A stretch of DNA of 64,000 nucleotides from positions 1 to 64,000 of the forward strand of contig JAYZAL010000104.1 in NCBI GenBank assembly GCA_036339735.1, given 5' to 3'. The first letter of the stretch is position 1, and every line of letters begins with the position of its first letter. Both the position numbers and the translations under genes were made by a program. The DNA is from Candidatus Poribacteria bacterium (GTDB lineage Bacteria; Poribacteria; WGA-4E; UBA9662). Of the stretch, positions 30,615 through 41,320 are shown piece by piece. The notes under the pieces were generated by a model. That model saw only the letters and a program-made list of their open reading frames with translations. It made no database searches and was not told the DNA's origin.

Positions 30615-30962
30615 CTAGTCTATGACTTCCCCTGTTTTCCGAGAAGCCCTAATCCGAAATTTTTTCATACGACCATTAACTTCTTTTTCTACAATAACAC
30701 GCTTGGTACGGATTGGCTGTCCGGTCTTTGGACAAATCAACTTTAGATTTGATAGGTGAATAGTCCCTTCAATTTCAACACGCCCACCTTCCGGAGAGTC
30801 AGCAGAAGGCCGTACGTGTTTAGTAATTATGTTGAGGCCTTCAACTACGGCACGCTGCTTTGCTTTTATAATCTCAAGGACTTTTCCTTGTTTCCCAGAA
30901 TCTTTACCACTCAGCACTAAAACTGTATCGCCTTTCTTAATATGTGATCTTCCTATACCCAT
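30615..30962 (-). CDS. rplX: 50S ribosomal protein L24
   Basis: IKKGDTV.V.SGKD KOW motif, IHLSN; start corrected to 30962. Confidence 0.97.
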   Translation of the reverse strand: MGIGRSHIKKGDTVLVLSGKDSGKQGKVLEIIKAKQRAVVEGLNIITKHVRPSADSPEGGRVEIEGTIHLSNLKLICPKTGQPIRTKRVIVEKEVNGRMKKFRIRASRKTGEVID

Positions 30963-30975
30963 TATCTTCCCCCAA

Positions 30976-31344
30976 TTAGATGACTTCGGGAGCCAGAGAA
31001 ACAATTCGAGTAAAATTCTTATCCCGCAACTCACGTGCTACTGGCCCGAAGACTCGAGTCCCTCTTGGCTCAAGCTGCGGAGTGATAACCACTGCCGCAT
31101 TTTCATCAAACTTCACATACGAACCATCAGGTCGGCGGTATTCTTTCTTAGTACGAACAACGACGGCTCGTACTACCTCTCCTTTGGCAACTTGACTATT
31201 TGGAATTGCTTCCTTGACACTAGCAACAACAATATCTCCCACACGGGCATAACGCCTACGACTACCACCAAGAACTTTGATGCACATCAGCCTCTTTGCA
31301 CCAGAATTATCAGCTGAATTAAGCATTGTATAAACTTGAACCAT
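30976..31344 (-). CDS. rplN: 50S ribosomal protein L14
   Basis: ADNSGA, FDENAAV, SLAPEV. Confidence 0.98.
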   Translation of the reverse strand: MVQVYTMLNSADNSGAKRLMCIKVLGGSRRRYARVGDIVVASVKEAIPNSQVAKGEVVRAVVVRTKKEYRRPDGSYVKFDENAAVVITPQLEPRGTRVFGPVARELRDKNFTRIVSLAPEVI

Positions 31345-31432
31345 TGAACTTCCCTTGTTTTTTTGTCGATCTAACCAGATATCATCGAAAAAAATTAAAT
31401 ATCTATAGTTTCAACCCGCGCCAGAGCTTCGG

Positions 31433-31690
31433 TTAGTCCGCTCTCTCTAATACTTTCTGTACACGCCATCTTTTACGACGACTAAGCGGTCGACTTTCGC
31501 AAACTTGTACCAAATCCCCCAATTGACAATCATTATTTGCATCGTGTGCTAACACCTTAGATGATGTCTTGATTGTTTTTCGGTAAACCGGATGTTGATA
31601 AACCCTAGTAATACTAATAGAAACAGTTTTATCCATCTTGTTACCAATCACGATACCGGAACGAACTTTCGGCTTACCTCTTGTTCCCAT
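31433..31690 (-). CDS. rpsQ: 30S ribosomal protein S17
   Basis: KMDKTV, AHD, RPLS..KRW. Confidence 0.97.
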   Translation of the reverse strand: MGTRGKPKVRSGIVIGNKMDKTVSISITRVYQHPVYRKTIKTSSKVLAHDANNDCQLGDLVQVCESRPLSRRKRWRVQKVLERAD

Positions 31691-31722
31691 AATACTTAAT
31701 TCTTCTCCTGTTAGTCAGACGT

Positions 31723-31923
31723 CTAGACATTATTCGGTAAGTCTCGCTCACGAATTATTGTCCGCATACGAGCTATACTTCTTCGAACTTTCTTGATTTG
31801 TGAGTTATCTTCAATTTGTGCTAGACGATTCCGGAATTTTAGATTGAACAAGTTCTCTTTTTGATTCTGGATCTCGGCTTCCAATTCTTCACTTGATTTC
31901 GTTCTTATTTCACTAGCTTTCAT
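31723..31923 (-). CDS. rpmC: 50S ribosomal protein L29
   Basis: MKASEIR, LFNLKF, IARMRT; start corrected to 31923. Confidence 0.96.
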   Translation of the reverse strand: MKASEIRTKSSEELEAEIQNQKENLFNLKFRNRLAQIEDNSQIKKVRRSIARMRTIIRERDLPNNV

Positions 31924-31936
31924 AAAAAGATCACCT

Positions 31937-32347
31937 TCATATTTGCTGAGATACAAAACGAGTTTTGAAAGGTAACTTGTGTGCCGCCAATCTCATGGCT
32001 TCACGAGCTATATCTTCAGGCACGCCGCTGAGTTCGTATAGAATACGCCCCGGCTTGATTACATCAACCCAGTATTCAGGCGCCCCCTTCCCACTTCCCA
32101 TCCGAGTCTCAGCGGCCTTTTTAGTGATTGACTTGTGGGGAAAAACCTTAATCCAAACCTTTCCACCCCTACGAACATAACGTGTCATTGCTACCCGAGC
32201 AGCTTCAATCTGGCGACTCGTCATCCAACCTGATTCTAGAGCTTGAAGTCCATACTCTCCAAAAGTAATCTGAGCTCCTTTCATCGGTGTCCCACGACGA
32301 CGGCCTTTCTGTATTTTACGGTATTTAGTACGCTTTGGCATCAACAT
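31937..32347 (-). CDS. rplP: 50S ribosomal protein L16
   Basis: [21 protein letters not shown]. Confidence 0.98.
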   Translation of the reverse strand: MLMPKRTKYRKIQKGRRRGTPMKGAQITFGEYGLQALESGWMTSRQIEAARVAMTRYVRRGGKVWIKVFPHKSITKKAAETRMGSGKGAPEYWVDVIKPGRILYELSGVPEDIAREAMRLAAHKLPFKTRFVSQQI

Positions 32348-32392
32348 CTAATACTCTCCCTCTTGTCTCTTAACTACAGAATACTAGTAGAT

Positions 32393-33145
32393 TTAGGATT
32401 CGCTCCGACTCGAATTATTCTCTCTTCTGGCGAAATCTCCACTACGTCTTCTTGGGCCAGACCGACGACGTGATCTTCTTTCCGTACGAGCTTGGCGCTC
32501 GGCTCTTTGCTCAAATGGATCCCCAATAATCTCCCCTTTAAAAATCCATGCTTTAACGCCAATTTTTCCATAAGTTGTCATGGCTTCAGAAAAGCCAAAA
32601 TCTATATCAGCACGCAACGTATGGAGTGGTACTCTTCCCTCGATCGCTGACTCATTTCGTGCCATATCAGCACCACCTAGGCGACCGCCAATTGCGATCT
32701 TTACACCTTCTGCACCAGCTCTTTTTGAATTTTCCAAGTTCTTCTTTATTGCCTGCCTAAAGTTAGCTCTCCGTTCTAGTTGCATCGCCACCGTCTCAGC
32801 AACTAGTTGTGCACTTAACTCTGGCCGCTTAACTTCTTTTACCTCAATCTTGATTGGCTTATTAACCAAATTTTGCAAACTTGCTTGCAGTTTATCAGAT
32901 TCTGAGCCTTGCCTTCCTATCACAACACCGGGCCGAGCTGAATAAATAGTTACCGTTGTCTGTCCTGCAATTCGCTCAATCTCAATTTTTGCGATTCCAG
33001 CCCGTGTGAGTCGTTCTTTGATGAACTTTCGAATGTTAATATCTTCAGTAAGCCACTGTGCATATTCGCGATTGCTAAACCATTTGGAATCCCATGTGTC
33101 TAAAATCCCCAGCCTTAGCCCGCGTGGATGTGTTTTTTGTCCCAC
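32393..33145 (-). CDS. rpsC: 30S ribosomal protein S3
   Basis: GQKTHP, RPGVVIG, GRVPLHTLRA; GTG start 33145 with GAGGAG RBS. Confidence 0.98.
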   Translation of the reverse strand: MGQKTHPRGLRLGILDTWDSKWFSNREYAQWLTEDINIRKFIKERLTRAGIAKIEIERIAGQTTVTIYSARPGVVIGRQGSESDKLQASLQNLVNKPIKIEVKEVKRPELSAQLVAETVAMQLERRANFRQAIKKNLENSKRAGAEGVKIAIGGRLGGADMARNESAIEGRVPLHTLRADIDFGFSEAMTTYGKIGVKAWIFKGEIIGDPFEQRAERQARTERRSRRRSGPRRRSGDFARRENNSSRSES

Positions 33146-33189
33146 TATATTTCTCCTCAATTATTCGCCGAACGAAGTAAGATCCAAAT

Positions 33190-33570
33190 CTAAGTTGTAC
33201 TTTCTGGAGACTCGACCGCTAAATCTGAATCAATATCTAATTCAACAGTTATATGACATTTACGTCTCAGAATTCTATGCGCCATCCCCCGGGCTCGTGG
33301 ACGAATCCAACGGCGAGTTATACCTTCATCAACCCAAATCCGCTTGATGAATAAGTCTTGCTCGTTAATGCTAGATTGCACGTATTGTGCGTTAGCGATA
33401 GCAGAGCGAATGAGCTTGTGAAGTACCGGCGATACTGCTTTATTTGTAAACGCCAATTGATCAAGAGCATCTTCTACATAGTGTCCGCGAACTAAGTCGG
33501 CAACCAGTCGCGCCTTACGCGGCGCAATTGCCACATTTTTTATACTTGCACGTGCAACCATAACTGACAA
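33190..33570 (-). CDS. rplV: 50S ribosomal protein L22
   Basis: PRKARLVADLVRG, SAIANA, PRARG. Confidence 0.97.
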   Translation of the reverse strand: MSVMVARASIKNVAIAPRKARLVADLVRGHYVEDALDQLAFTNKAVSPVLHKLIRSAIANAQYVQSSINEQDLFIKRIWVDEGITRRWIRPRARGMAHRILRRKCHITVELDIDSDLAVESPESTT

Positions 33571-33599
33571 ATAACTCCTTTGTAACGGTCTTGGACTAA

Positions 33600-33851
33600 T
33601 TAATGCATCTTAAAAGTTCGCGTGGGAGCAAACTCGCCAAGTTTATGGCCAACCATATTTTCTGAGATATAGACAGGAAAAAATTTAGTCCCATTGTGAA
33701 TCGCTAATGTATGGCCCACAAATTCAGGGGCAATCATTGATCGACGAGACCAGGTCCGAATAACCCTCTTTGCACCAGATGAGTTCATTTGGTCAACCTT
33801 TTTGAGCAACTTTTGATCAATATACGGCCCTTTTTTTAAAGATCGTGGCAT
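33600..33851 (-). CDS. rpsS: 30S ribosomal protein S19
   Basis: [26 protein letters not shown]; start corrected to 33851. Confidence 0.98.
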   Translation of the reverse strand: MPRSLKKGPYIDQKLLKKVDQMNSSGAKRVIRTWSRRSMIAPEFVGHTLAIHNGTKFFPVYISENMVGHKLGEFAPTRTFKMH

Positions 33852-33863
33852 AAAAAACCTCAC

Positions 33864-34688
33864 TTATTTCCGTCTACTAGCAATGTAGCGATTCGATTGT
33901 TTATTGCGATTTCGGGTTTTATACCCCTTTGTCGGGACACCCCACGGGCTGACTGGGTGACGACCACCTGAGCTTTTCCCCTCACCTCCACCATGCGGGT
34001 GGTCGACAGGGTTCATGGCCACTCCTCTAACTTTTGGCCGGCGGCCAAGCCAACGTGAACGACCAGCTTTACCAATAGTAACATTATTATGATCTGGATT
34101 GCCGACTTGGCCAATGGTAGCATAACACCGACTTAAAACTAAACGTATTTCCCCTGAAGGTAATTTAAGACGGGCATACTTACCTTCCCGTTCCAACAGA
34201 GTAGCAGAGTCCCCGGCGCTACGTGCAATTTGTCCACCTTTTCCGGGCCTCATTTCGATATTATGTACATCAGTTCCCGGAGGAATACGATCAAGCGGCA
34301 TCGAATTGCCAACGCGAATTTCGGCTTGAGGTCCAGAGTTGAGAGTTTCGCCAACTTGTACTCCAAGCGGTGCAAGGATGTAACGTTTCTCACCGTCTTG
34401 ATACATCAACAATGCGATTCTCGCTGACCGGTTGGGGTCATACTCTATTGCTGTCACCTCAGCTGGTATGCCATATTTGTCTCTCTTGAAGTCAATATCA
34501 CGATAACGACGCTTGTGCCCACCACCTCGGCGCCGAACAGTAATTCGCCCCTTAGAATTTCGACCAGACGAACGCTTCTTACCTGAAGTTAGAGACTTTT
34601 CGGGCGAAGTTTTGGTGATTTCCTCAAAACTATGCCCTGTCATCGTCCGACGACTAGGTGTAACTGGTTTATAACTTTTGACTGGCAC
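33864..34688 (-). CDS. rplB: 50S ribosomal protein L2
   Basis: [21 protein letters not shown]. Confidence 0.99.
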   Translation of the reverse strand: MPVKSYKPVTPSRRTMTGHSFEEITKTSPEKSLTSGKKRSSGRNSKGRITVRRRGGGHKRRYRDIDFKRDKYGIPAEVTAIEYDPNRSARIALLMYQDGEKRYILAPLGVQVGETLNSGPQAEIRVGNSMPLDRIPPGTDVHNIEMRPGKGGQIARSAGDSATLLEREGKYARLKLPSGEIRLVLSRCYATIGQVGNPDHNNVTIGKAGRSRWLGRRPKVRGVAMNPVDHPHGGGEGKSSGGRHPVSPWGVPTKGYKTRNRNKQSNRYIASRRK

Positions 34689-34702
34689 TTTGTGCTCCTC
34701 TT

Positions 34703-35008
34703 CTAAATGCTATCAAAGATTGGGACGGTCTCACCCTTCCTCAAAGTAACAATTGCTTTCTTATAGTTAGGCGTTCGACCTTGATTGAATCGCATAAGTC
34801 TCCCCTTAGGTTTGCCACTTACATTCATTGTTCGTACAGATCGAATCTTTCCCTTCAAGTCAAAAGCTTGTTCTACTGCTTCCCGAATTTGGTGTTTATT
34901 TGCTTTTTTATCAACAACAAACGTGAATTTAGGCGACTCCATTTCCCTCAGTGAAGTACTTTTTTCTGTCAACATGGGTCGCTTGAGAATTTTGTATGGA
35001 TCAACCAT
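34703..35008 (-). CDS. rplW: 50S ribosomal protein L23
   Basis: TEKS, ANK.QI..AVE, KKAIVTL. Confidence 0.96.
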   Translation of the reverse strand: MVDPYKILKRPMLTEKSTSLREMESPKFTFVVDKKANKHQIREAVEQAFDLKGKIRSVRTMNVSGKPKGRLMRFNQGRTPNYKKAIVTLRKGETVPIFDSI

Positions 35009-35046
35009 GATTACTAAACCACCTTAATATATGAACCGGCTCCAGC

Positions 35047-35667
35047 TTAGGCAAATTTTTCTTCCAATTTCTGCATGGCACTTTCAGTCAGAATTAAATT
35101 TTCATGCCAAAGTACTTGGTAAACGTTTATCAAATCCCAGGTACAAGTATTAACACCTGGAATATTCCTTGCCGACAAATGAATATTGTGCTCATTTTTG
35201 CCGAGTACAATTAATGATTTTCCTGTTACAGACAATGCATCTAGAAGCCGAAGAACATCCTTCGTTTTGGGCTGCGCTAGTTCGAAATCCTCAATAATTT
35301 TGCAAGATTGGCTTTGTAACTTATCTGCCAAAGCGTAGTGAACACCTAACCTACGTACTTTCTTTGGCAAATATTGTCTATAACTCCTCGGTCTCGGTCC
35401 AAAGGTCACACCACCGTGAACACGTATGGGAGATTTCGCATCTCCAGCTCTAGCACGGCCCGTCCCTTTCTGCCGGTATAGTTTTCGGCCACTACCTTTA
35501 ACTTCTCCCCTTGTCTTAGTAGAAGCCGTGCCCCGTCGCTGGTTAGCCAAATAAGCTACAATGCACTGATGGACTACGCCTGGGTCAATGTCGGTGTTAC
35601 TGAAAGCAGCTGGTATATCCTGTTGCCGAACAATTTCACCAGACCGATTATAAACATCCAATGACAT
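35047..35667 (-). CDS. rplD: 50S ribosomal protein L4
   Basis: QKGTGRARAG, FGPRPR, SARNIPGV. Confidence 0.98.
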   Translation of the reverse strand: MSLDVYNRSGEIVRQQDIPAAFSNTDIDPGVVHQCIVAYLANQRRGTASTKTRGEVKGSGRKLYRQKGTGRARAGDAKSPIRVHGGVTFGPRPRSYRQYLPKKVRRLGVHYALADKLQSQSCKIIEDFELAQPKTKDVLRLLDALSVTGKSLIVLGKNEHNIHLSARNIPGVNTCTWDLINVYQVLWHENLILTESAMQKLEEKFA

Positions 35668-35689
35668 AAATCTAACCTCTAATCATTAC

Positions 35690-36328
35690 TTAAGAACTAC
35701 TTTTGACCGCTTTACGAATCATGAGCAATCCGTTACGTGGTCCCGGAACGGCCCCCTTGACAACCAGCATATTTCTTTCCACATCAACCTTGATGACTTT
35801 CAAGTTTTGCACTGTACTGCGCTTGTTACCATAACGACCGGGCATTTTAACGCCTTTGAAAACCTTAGCGGGCCAAGCACTTTGACCTATAGAACCACCG
35901 TGTCTCAAGACTTGCTCATCCCCATGTGAAGCACGCCCCCCTTTGAATCCCCAACGCTTTACCACACCGGTAAAACCACGACCTTTGGATGTTCCCGTAA
36001 CATCGACAATGTCGCCTTCACTGAATAAGCTAGCATCAACGATTGTACCGACTTCAACACCGTCCAAATCTTCAGCCTCAAACTCACGAAGATAATGTTG
36101 TACAGACGCGTCGGCCTTCTTAAAATGACCTAGGCTTGGCTTATTAGCTTTTTTTTCATCCTTAGCACCAAAACCAAGCTGGACAGCGTTATACCCTTCT
36201 CGATCTTCAGTTTTAACTTGAATAACCGGACATGGCCCTGCCACTAAGACAGTAACTGGAATCGCCTCTCCAGATTCATCAAAAACCTGAGTCATACTAA
36301 CTTTTTTACCCAAAATACCATTGACCAT
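35690..36328 (-). CDS. rplC: 50S ribosomal protein L3
   Basis: SKGRGFTG, SHG, VKGAVPG; ATG 36328 with GGAG RBS. Confidence 0.98.
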   Translation of the reverse strand: MVNGILGKKVSMTQVFDESGEAIPVTVLVAGPCPVIQVKTEDREGYNAVQLGFGAKDEKKANKPSLGHFKKADASVQHYLREFEAEDLDGVEVGTIVDASLFSEGDIVDVTGTSKGRGFTGVVKRWGFKGGRASHGDEQVLRHGGSIGQSAWPAKVFKGVKMPGRYGNKRSTVQNLKVIKVDVERNMLVVKGAVPGPRNGLLMIRKAVKSSS

Positions 36329-36389
36329 GTCCGTCTCCAAAATAATCTATTTACTACTTACTTATTTAGCTCAAACGAGATCACAATAG

Positions 36390-36701
36390 CTACAAAATCT
36401 TAATATTAACATCGACACCTGGTGGGAGGTCGAGTCGCATAAGAGCGTCCACAGTCTTAGGAGCTGTCTCTAAAATGTCGAGTACCCGCATGTGAATCCG
36501 CATTTCAAACTGTTCACGCGACTTCTTGTTAACAAAAGTTGACCTCTGCACGGTCCATAGATGCCTTTTTGTTGGCAACGGTACTGGCCCAGCCACCACA
36601 GCTCCAGTATGTTTTGCTGTATCGGAAATTTGTTTGGCCGATTTATCCAACAATCGTGAGTCGAAGGCTTTTAAACGAATGCGAATCTTTTGATTATCCA
36701 T
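36390..36701 (-). CDS. rpsJ: 30S ribosomal protein S10
   Basis: [22 protein letters not shown]. Confidence 0.98.
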   Translation of the reverse strand: MDNQKIRIRLKAFDSRLLDKSAKQISDTAKHTGAVVAGPVPLPTKRHLWTVQRSTFVNKKSREQFEMRIHMRVLDILETAPKTVDALMRLDLPPGVDVNIKIL

Positions 36702-36740
36702 GTATCTCCTCGGTTTACTACAACCCCCTACGAGTGCAAC

Positions 36741-36777
36741 AAAAAAAGGGCTATAGTCTTTAAGACTACAGCCCCTT
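36741..36777 (-). terminator. Intrinsic terminator downstream of tuf
   Basis: Minus strand GGGCTGTAGTCT-TAA-AGACTATAGCCC followed by T7. Confidence 0.8.
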
Positions 36778-36790
36778 AGCCGCTTTTGCT

Positions 36791-37990
36791 TTATTCAATG
36801 ATCTTTGTAACCACACCTGAACCAACGGTTTTCCCACCTTCCCGGATTGCAAACCTGAGTTGTTCTTCCATAGCAATTGGTTTAGTGAGTTGAACACTAA
36901 TGGTAATGTTATCCCCGGGCATTACCATCTCTGTCCCTTCTGGTAGATTCATGATGCCGGTTACATCAGTTGTCCGGAAGTAAAATTGTGGACGATAGCC
37001 ATTAAAGAATGGAGTATGGCGACCACCTTCCTCTTTGCTCAAAATATAGAGCTCAGCTTCGAAACCAGTATGAGGATTTATGGAGCCTGGAGCAGCTAAC
37101 ACCTGTCCACGATCAACAGACTCACGGTCGACTCCCCTCAGTAATAAGCCAGCATTATCACCAGCCTGACCTCGATCTAAATTTTTACGAAACATCTCAA
37201 TTCCGGTAACAACGGTTTCTTCAGTATCTTTCAGCCCTACGATCTCAACCTTATCGTTGAGATTGACAACCCCACGCTCGATTCGGCCAGTTACGACCGT
37301 ACCTCGACCTGAGATAGTGAAAATATCTTCGACAGGCATAATAAAAGGTAAATCTTCATCCCTTTCAGGCTCTGGAATATAGCTGTCAACCTCTTCCATC
37401 AGCTGTAATATTTTCTTGCCAGCTTCACTTTCAGGGTCTCCATTTGCTTCAACTGCTTCTAATGCTGACCCCGCCACGATCGGGATATCATCACCAGGGA
37501 ACTCATATTCATCTAAAAGTTCTCTGACTTCCATCTCAACCAACTCGAGTAATTCCTCATCATCAACCATATCGGCTTTGTTTAAAAAAACAACCAGATT
37601 TGGCACATTGACCTGGCGAGCTAGTAAGACGTGTTCACGCGTCTGTGGCATCGGGCCATCGGCAGCAGAAACAACCAGAATTGCACCATCCATCTGAGCT
37701 GCACCTGTAATCATATTCTTGATGTAATCAGCGTGCCCCGGACAATCAACGTGAGCGTAATGTCTGTTGTCGGTTTCATATTCAACGTGGGCGGTATTGA
37801 TTGTAATACCCCGTTCTTTCTCTTCTGGGGCAGCATCAATCTCTTCGTAGCTCTTGACGTACTCCTTGTCCATGGCGTTTGAAAGCACCATCGTAATTGC
37901 CGCTGTCAAAGTGGTCTTTCCGTGGTCGACGTGACCAATTGTCCCAATATTAACATGGGGTTTACTACGATCAAAATCTTCTTTAGCCAT
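36791..37990 (-). CDS. tuf: Elongation factor Tu
   Basis: [30 protein letters not shown]. Confidence 0.99.
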   Translation of the reverse strand: MAKEDFDRSKPHVNIGTIGHVDHGKTTLTAAITMVLSNAMDKEYVKSYEEIDAAPEEKERGITINTAHVEYETDNRHYAHVDCPGHADYIKNMITGAAQMDGAILVVSAADGPMPQTREHVLLARQVNVPNLVVFLNKADMVDDEELLELVEMEVRELLDEYEFPGDDIPIVAGSALEAVEANGDPESEAGKKILQLMEEVDSYIPEPERDEDLPFIMPVEDIFTISGRGTVVTGRIERGVVNLNDKVEIVGLKDTEETVVTGIEMFRKNLDRGQAGDNAGLLLRGVDRESVDRGQVLAAPGSINPHTGFEAELYILSKEEGGRHTPFFNGYRPQFYFRTTDVTGIMNLPEGTEMVMPGDNITISVQLTKPIAMEEQLRFAIREGGKTVGSGVVTKIIE

Positions 37991-38083
37991 TAGTTAAACT
38001 CCTTAAAAGAATGTAGGTATTAAAAGAAATATTGTACAGTACATGTATTTTCGTGAGTAATCTCTACGTACTTACTTTATTCA

Positions 38084-40147
38084 TCAGTTGGTGAGGATTT
38101 CTTCTGCAATATTAGATGGAACACCACTATAATGAGAGAATTCCATTGAATAATTAGCTCGACCTTGTGTGAACGAGCGCAAGGATTTGACGTATCCAAA
38201 CATCTGGGCCAATGGGGTGTATGCCTTAACGACTTGCGTACTCGATTTAACCTGTAACTCAGTATCCAGAATCTGTGCACGCCGAGTATTGAGGTCGCCA
38301 ATTACCTTACCCAGATATTCATCTGGTACGATGACTTCTGTCTTCATCATGGGCTCTAACAAAACAGGTTTCGCTTTCTTGACGGCTTCTTTAAAGGCCA
38401 ACGATCCTGCTATCGAAAAGGCCATTTCAGATGAATCGACAGGGTGAAATGAACCATCATATAACCGCACCCCGACATCTGTCACCGGGTAGCCAGCTAG
38501 CACACCATTAGTCATAGCTTGTTCAATACCTTTTTTGACAGCAGGAATGTATTCTGTCGGAATAGTCCCCCCCCTAATTTCATCCACGAACTCGAACCCA
38601 ATACCTTTCTCAACTGGATAAACTTCTAAAACCACGTGCCCATATTGGCCACGACCTCCAGTCTGTCGTGCATACTTGTGGTTAGCCACAGCATGTCGCT
38701 CTACAGTCTCACGGTAAGCGACCTCAGGATTACCAATTTCGGCAGAAACACCAAATTCTCTAAGTAGTCGATCGACAATGATTTCCAGGTGAAGTTCCCC
38801 CATTCCTGAAAGAAGTAATTGGCCAGTTTCTTCATCAGTCTTAGCCCGCAGTGTCGGATCTTCCTCAACCAGTCTAGCTAATGACAGATTCATCTTTTCT
38901 ATATCAGCTTTAGTTTTTGGCTCTACTGCGATTGAAATGACAGGGTCAGGGAAATCCATTGATTCCAAGATGACTGGGGAGCTAGGCGTACAGATTGTAT
39001 CACCTGTCGATACGTTTTTGAGTCCGACCGCAGCAACTATATCGCCAGCGGATAGAGAAGACAACTCCTCGCGTTTGTTGGCATGCATCTGAAGTACCCG
39101 ATCCAATCGGTCTTTTTTTCCATTAGTTGCATTCAGAACCCTCGAACCCTTATCAATTTTTCCAGAATAGACACGTAAAAAAGTCAACTTTCCAACATGG
39201 GGATCCGTAGCTATTTTGAAAGCAAGAGCCGAAAAATCGTGATCATTTCTCGCAGACCGAGACTCATCCACCCCACTCTGTGGATTCTTGCCAGATATAT
39301 CCGGGACGTCCAGCGGAGATGGCAAATAATAGTTAATAGAATCTAGTAGTGGTTGAACACCGACATTCTTCAAGGCTGAACCACAAAGGACAGGAATCAG
39401 GCCACTATTCAGTGTAGCCTGCCGCAAGGCTCGACGAATTTCGTTTGCTTTGATTTCTTGGCCGTCTAGATATTTGACTAACAGATCATCATCCCAATCG
39501 GCAATACCCGCTAACAATTGATCTCGGTAGTCTAAAGCGGTTGACTCTAAATCACCAGGTATCGGAGACCTTTTGACATCTAACCCCATGTCATCCGTAT
39601 TCCAAGTGAGAAACTCCATATCAACGAGGTCGATGACACCTTTAAAGGACTCAGCTGAACCTACAGGCACCTGGACGAGAACCGGACTTGCCCCCAAACG
39701 TTCTGTCATCATCTCAACGGTACGAAAGAAGTCAGCACCGACGCGATCGAGCTTGTTCACAAATGCAATACGAGGTACTTGATATTTATCCGCTTGCCGC
39801 CAAACGGTCTCTGACTGAGGTTCCACTCCCCCGACCGCACAAAAAACTGCAACAGCCCCATCAAGAACTCTCAAGGATCGCTCAACTTCCACAGTAAAGT
39901 CAATGTGCCCGGGAGTGTCGATAATGTTAATGCGGTGCTTATCCCAATGACACGTTGTTGCAGCTGCGGTAATGGTAATCCCACGTTCTTGTTCTTGCTC
40001 CATCCAATCCATTGTAGCTGCGCCATCATGAACTTCACCTACTCGGTGCAACCTACCCGTATAAAACAAGATTCGCTCACTTACTGTTGTTTTCCCGGCA
40101 TCGATGTGAGCCATGATACCGATATTCCTTGTGCGTTCTAAGTTCAT
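38084..40147 (-). CDS. fusA: Elongation factor G
   Basis: [31 protein letters not shown]. Confidence 0.99.
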   Translation of the reverse strand: MNLERTRNIGIMAHIDAGKTTVSERILFYTGRLHRVGEVHDGAATMDWMEQEQERGITITAAATTCHWDKHRINIIDTPGHIDFTVEVERSLRVLDGAVAVFCAVGGVEPQSETVWRQADKYQVPRIAFVNKLDRVGADFFRTVEMMTERLGASPVLVQVPVGSAESFKGVIDLVDMEFLTWNTDDMGLDVKRSPIPGDLESTALDYRDQLLAGIADWDDDLLVKYLDGQEIKANEIRRALRQATLNSGLIPVLCGSALKNVGVQPLLDSINYYLPSPLDVPDISGKNPQSGVDESRSARNDHDFSALAFKIATDPHVGKLTFLRVYSGKIDKGSRVLNATNGKKDRLDRVLQMHANKREELSSLSAGDIVAAVGLKNVSTGDTICTPSSPVILESMDFPDPVISIAVEPKTKADIEKMNLSLARLVEEDPTLRAKTDEETGQLLLSGMGELHLEIIVDRLLREFGVSAEIGNPEVAYRETVERHAVANHKYARQTGGRGQYGHVVLEVYPVEKGIGFEFVDEIRGGTIPTEYIPAVKKGIEQAMTNGVLAGYPVTDVGVRLYDGSFHPVDSSEMAFSIAGSLAFKEAVKKAKPVLLEPMMKTEVIVPDEYLGKVIGDLNTRRAQILDTELQVKSSTQVVKAYTPLAQMFGYVKSLRSFTQGRANYSMEFSHYSGVPSNIAEEILTN

Positions 40148-40225
40148 TTATACCAACTAATCTTTCTCTGCATGTCTGCTATCTACTAAATTATTTACTA
40201 AGGTTCCTGCGAATTGCCAGGTTGA

Positions 40226-40699
40226 TCACCAGCGATAATGAGCAAAAGCTCGGTTAGCTTCAGCCATTCGATGCTGGTCTTGTTTTTTTCGAATGGCAAT
40301 CCCCTCATTGTTGAACGCGTCAATCAGTTCCGCAGCGAGGCGTTGTGCCATCGTCCGTTCTCCTCGACTGTTTCGAGCAGCATCAACAAGCCAGCGAATC
40401 GCTAAAGTCACTCGCCTTTCAGCCCTGACATCAACGGGAACCTGGTAGGTTGCACCACCAACTCGCCTTGGCCGAATCTCCAGAACCGGCTTTACATTAC
40501 TTATTGCCTGATGAAAGACCTCAATGCCTTCCTCATTCAATCGCTCACCTGCACGATCTATAGAGTCGTACAAAATACGTTGTGCGATACTTTTCTTTCC
40601 CGAATACGTCAAGCTATTAATAAATTTACTAACTAACTTACTATTGAACTTTGGGTCCGGCAAAACCTCACGTTTCACCGCCACATTACGTCGTGCCAT
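40226..40699 (-). CDS. rpsG: 30S ribosomal protein S7
   Basis: RRVGGATYQVP, MAEANRAFAHYRW. Confidence 0.99.
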   Translation of the reverse strand: MARRNVAVKREVLPDPKFNSKLVSKFINSLTYSGKKSIAQRILYDSIDRAGERLNEEGIEVFHQAISNVKPVLEIRPRRVGGATYQVPVDVRAERRVTLAIRWLVDAARNSRGERTMAQRLAAELIDAFNNEGIAIRKKQDQHRMAEANRAFAHYRW

Positions 40700-40721
40700 T
40701 CGTTACACCCCCATTGATCTA

Positions 40722-41096
40722 TTAGTCTTGTGGTCTTCTCGCACCATACTTTGACCGACCTTGTCTCCGGTTTTCGACTCCAAGGGTGTCTAAAGTACCC
40801 CGCACAATCTGATACCGAACGTTAGGCAAGTCTTTAACTCGGCCGCCCCTTACCAAAACAACAGAGTGTTCCTGCAAGTTATGATCAATCCCAGGGATGT
40901 AGCACCATGCCTCAAATCCATTACTGAAGCGTACCCGCGCTACTTTCCGTAATGCCGAGTTAGGCTTTTTAGGTGTTGTTGTTCGGACCTGAAGACAAAT
41001 CCCTCTCCGTTGCGGACAGGCCTGCAGTAATGGAGCCTTACTTCTATTCTTACTTGATTTTCTACCTTTTCGCACTAATTGACTAATTGTCGGCAT
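40722..41096 (-). CDS. rpsL: 30S ribosomal protein S12
   Basis: [22 protein letters not shown]; start corrected to 41096. Confidence 0.99.
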   Translation of the reverse strand: MPTISQLVRKGRKSSKNRSKAPLLQACPQRRGICLQVRTTTPKKPNSALRKVARVRFSNGFEAWCYIPGIDHNLQEHSVVLVRGGRVKDLPNVRYQIVRGTLDTLGVENRRQGRSKYGARRPQD

Positions 41097-41239
41097 AACT
41101 ACCCTTAAATCCAGACATAAATAAAGCCCCGAATGTAGGGGCAAGATTACTACACAGCAAAACCAAAGACTCACTTACCAAAAGCTAAAATCGTTCCCTA
41201 GAGTCTGCCCCCTCGAAGTGAACCATAATTAACCGCTCC

Positions 41240-41269
41240 ATTATATTTAACACGCCTTCAGCATGTCAA
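41240..41269 (-). promoter_or_regulatory. Sigma70-type promoter of the str operon, TTGACA-N18-TATAAT
   Basis: Perfect hexamers on minus strand with an A-rich tract upstream. Confidence 0.8.
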
Positions 41270-41320
41270 GCCTATTTACTATTTTTTCTTTTTTTTTTGT
41301 ATTTGTGCGAAGTAGAAGTA

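Noticed and set aside
24690-40754. Many 60-160-aa ORFs antisense to or overlapping ribosomal, tuf and fusA genes
   Set aside because: Shadow ORFs of conserved genes with no recognisable motifs.
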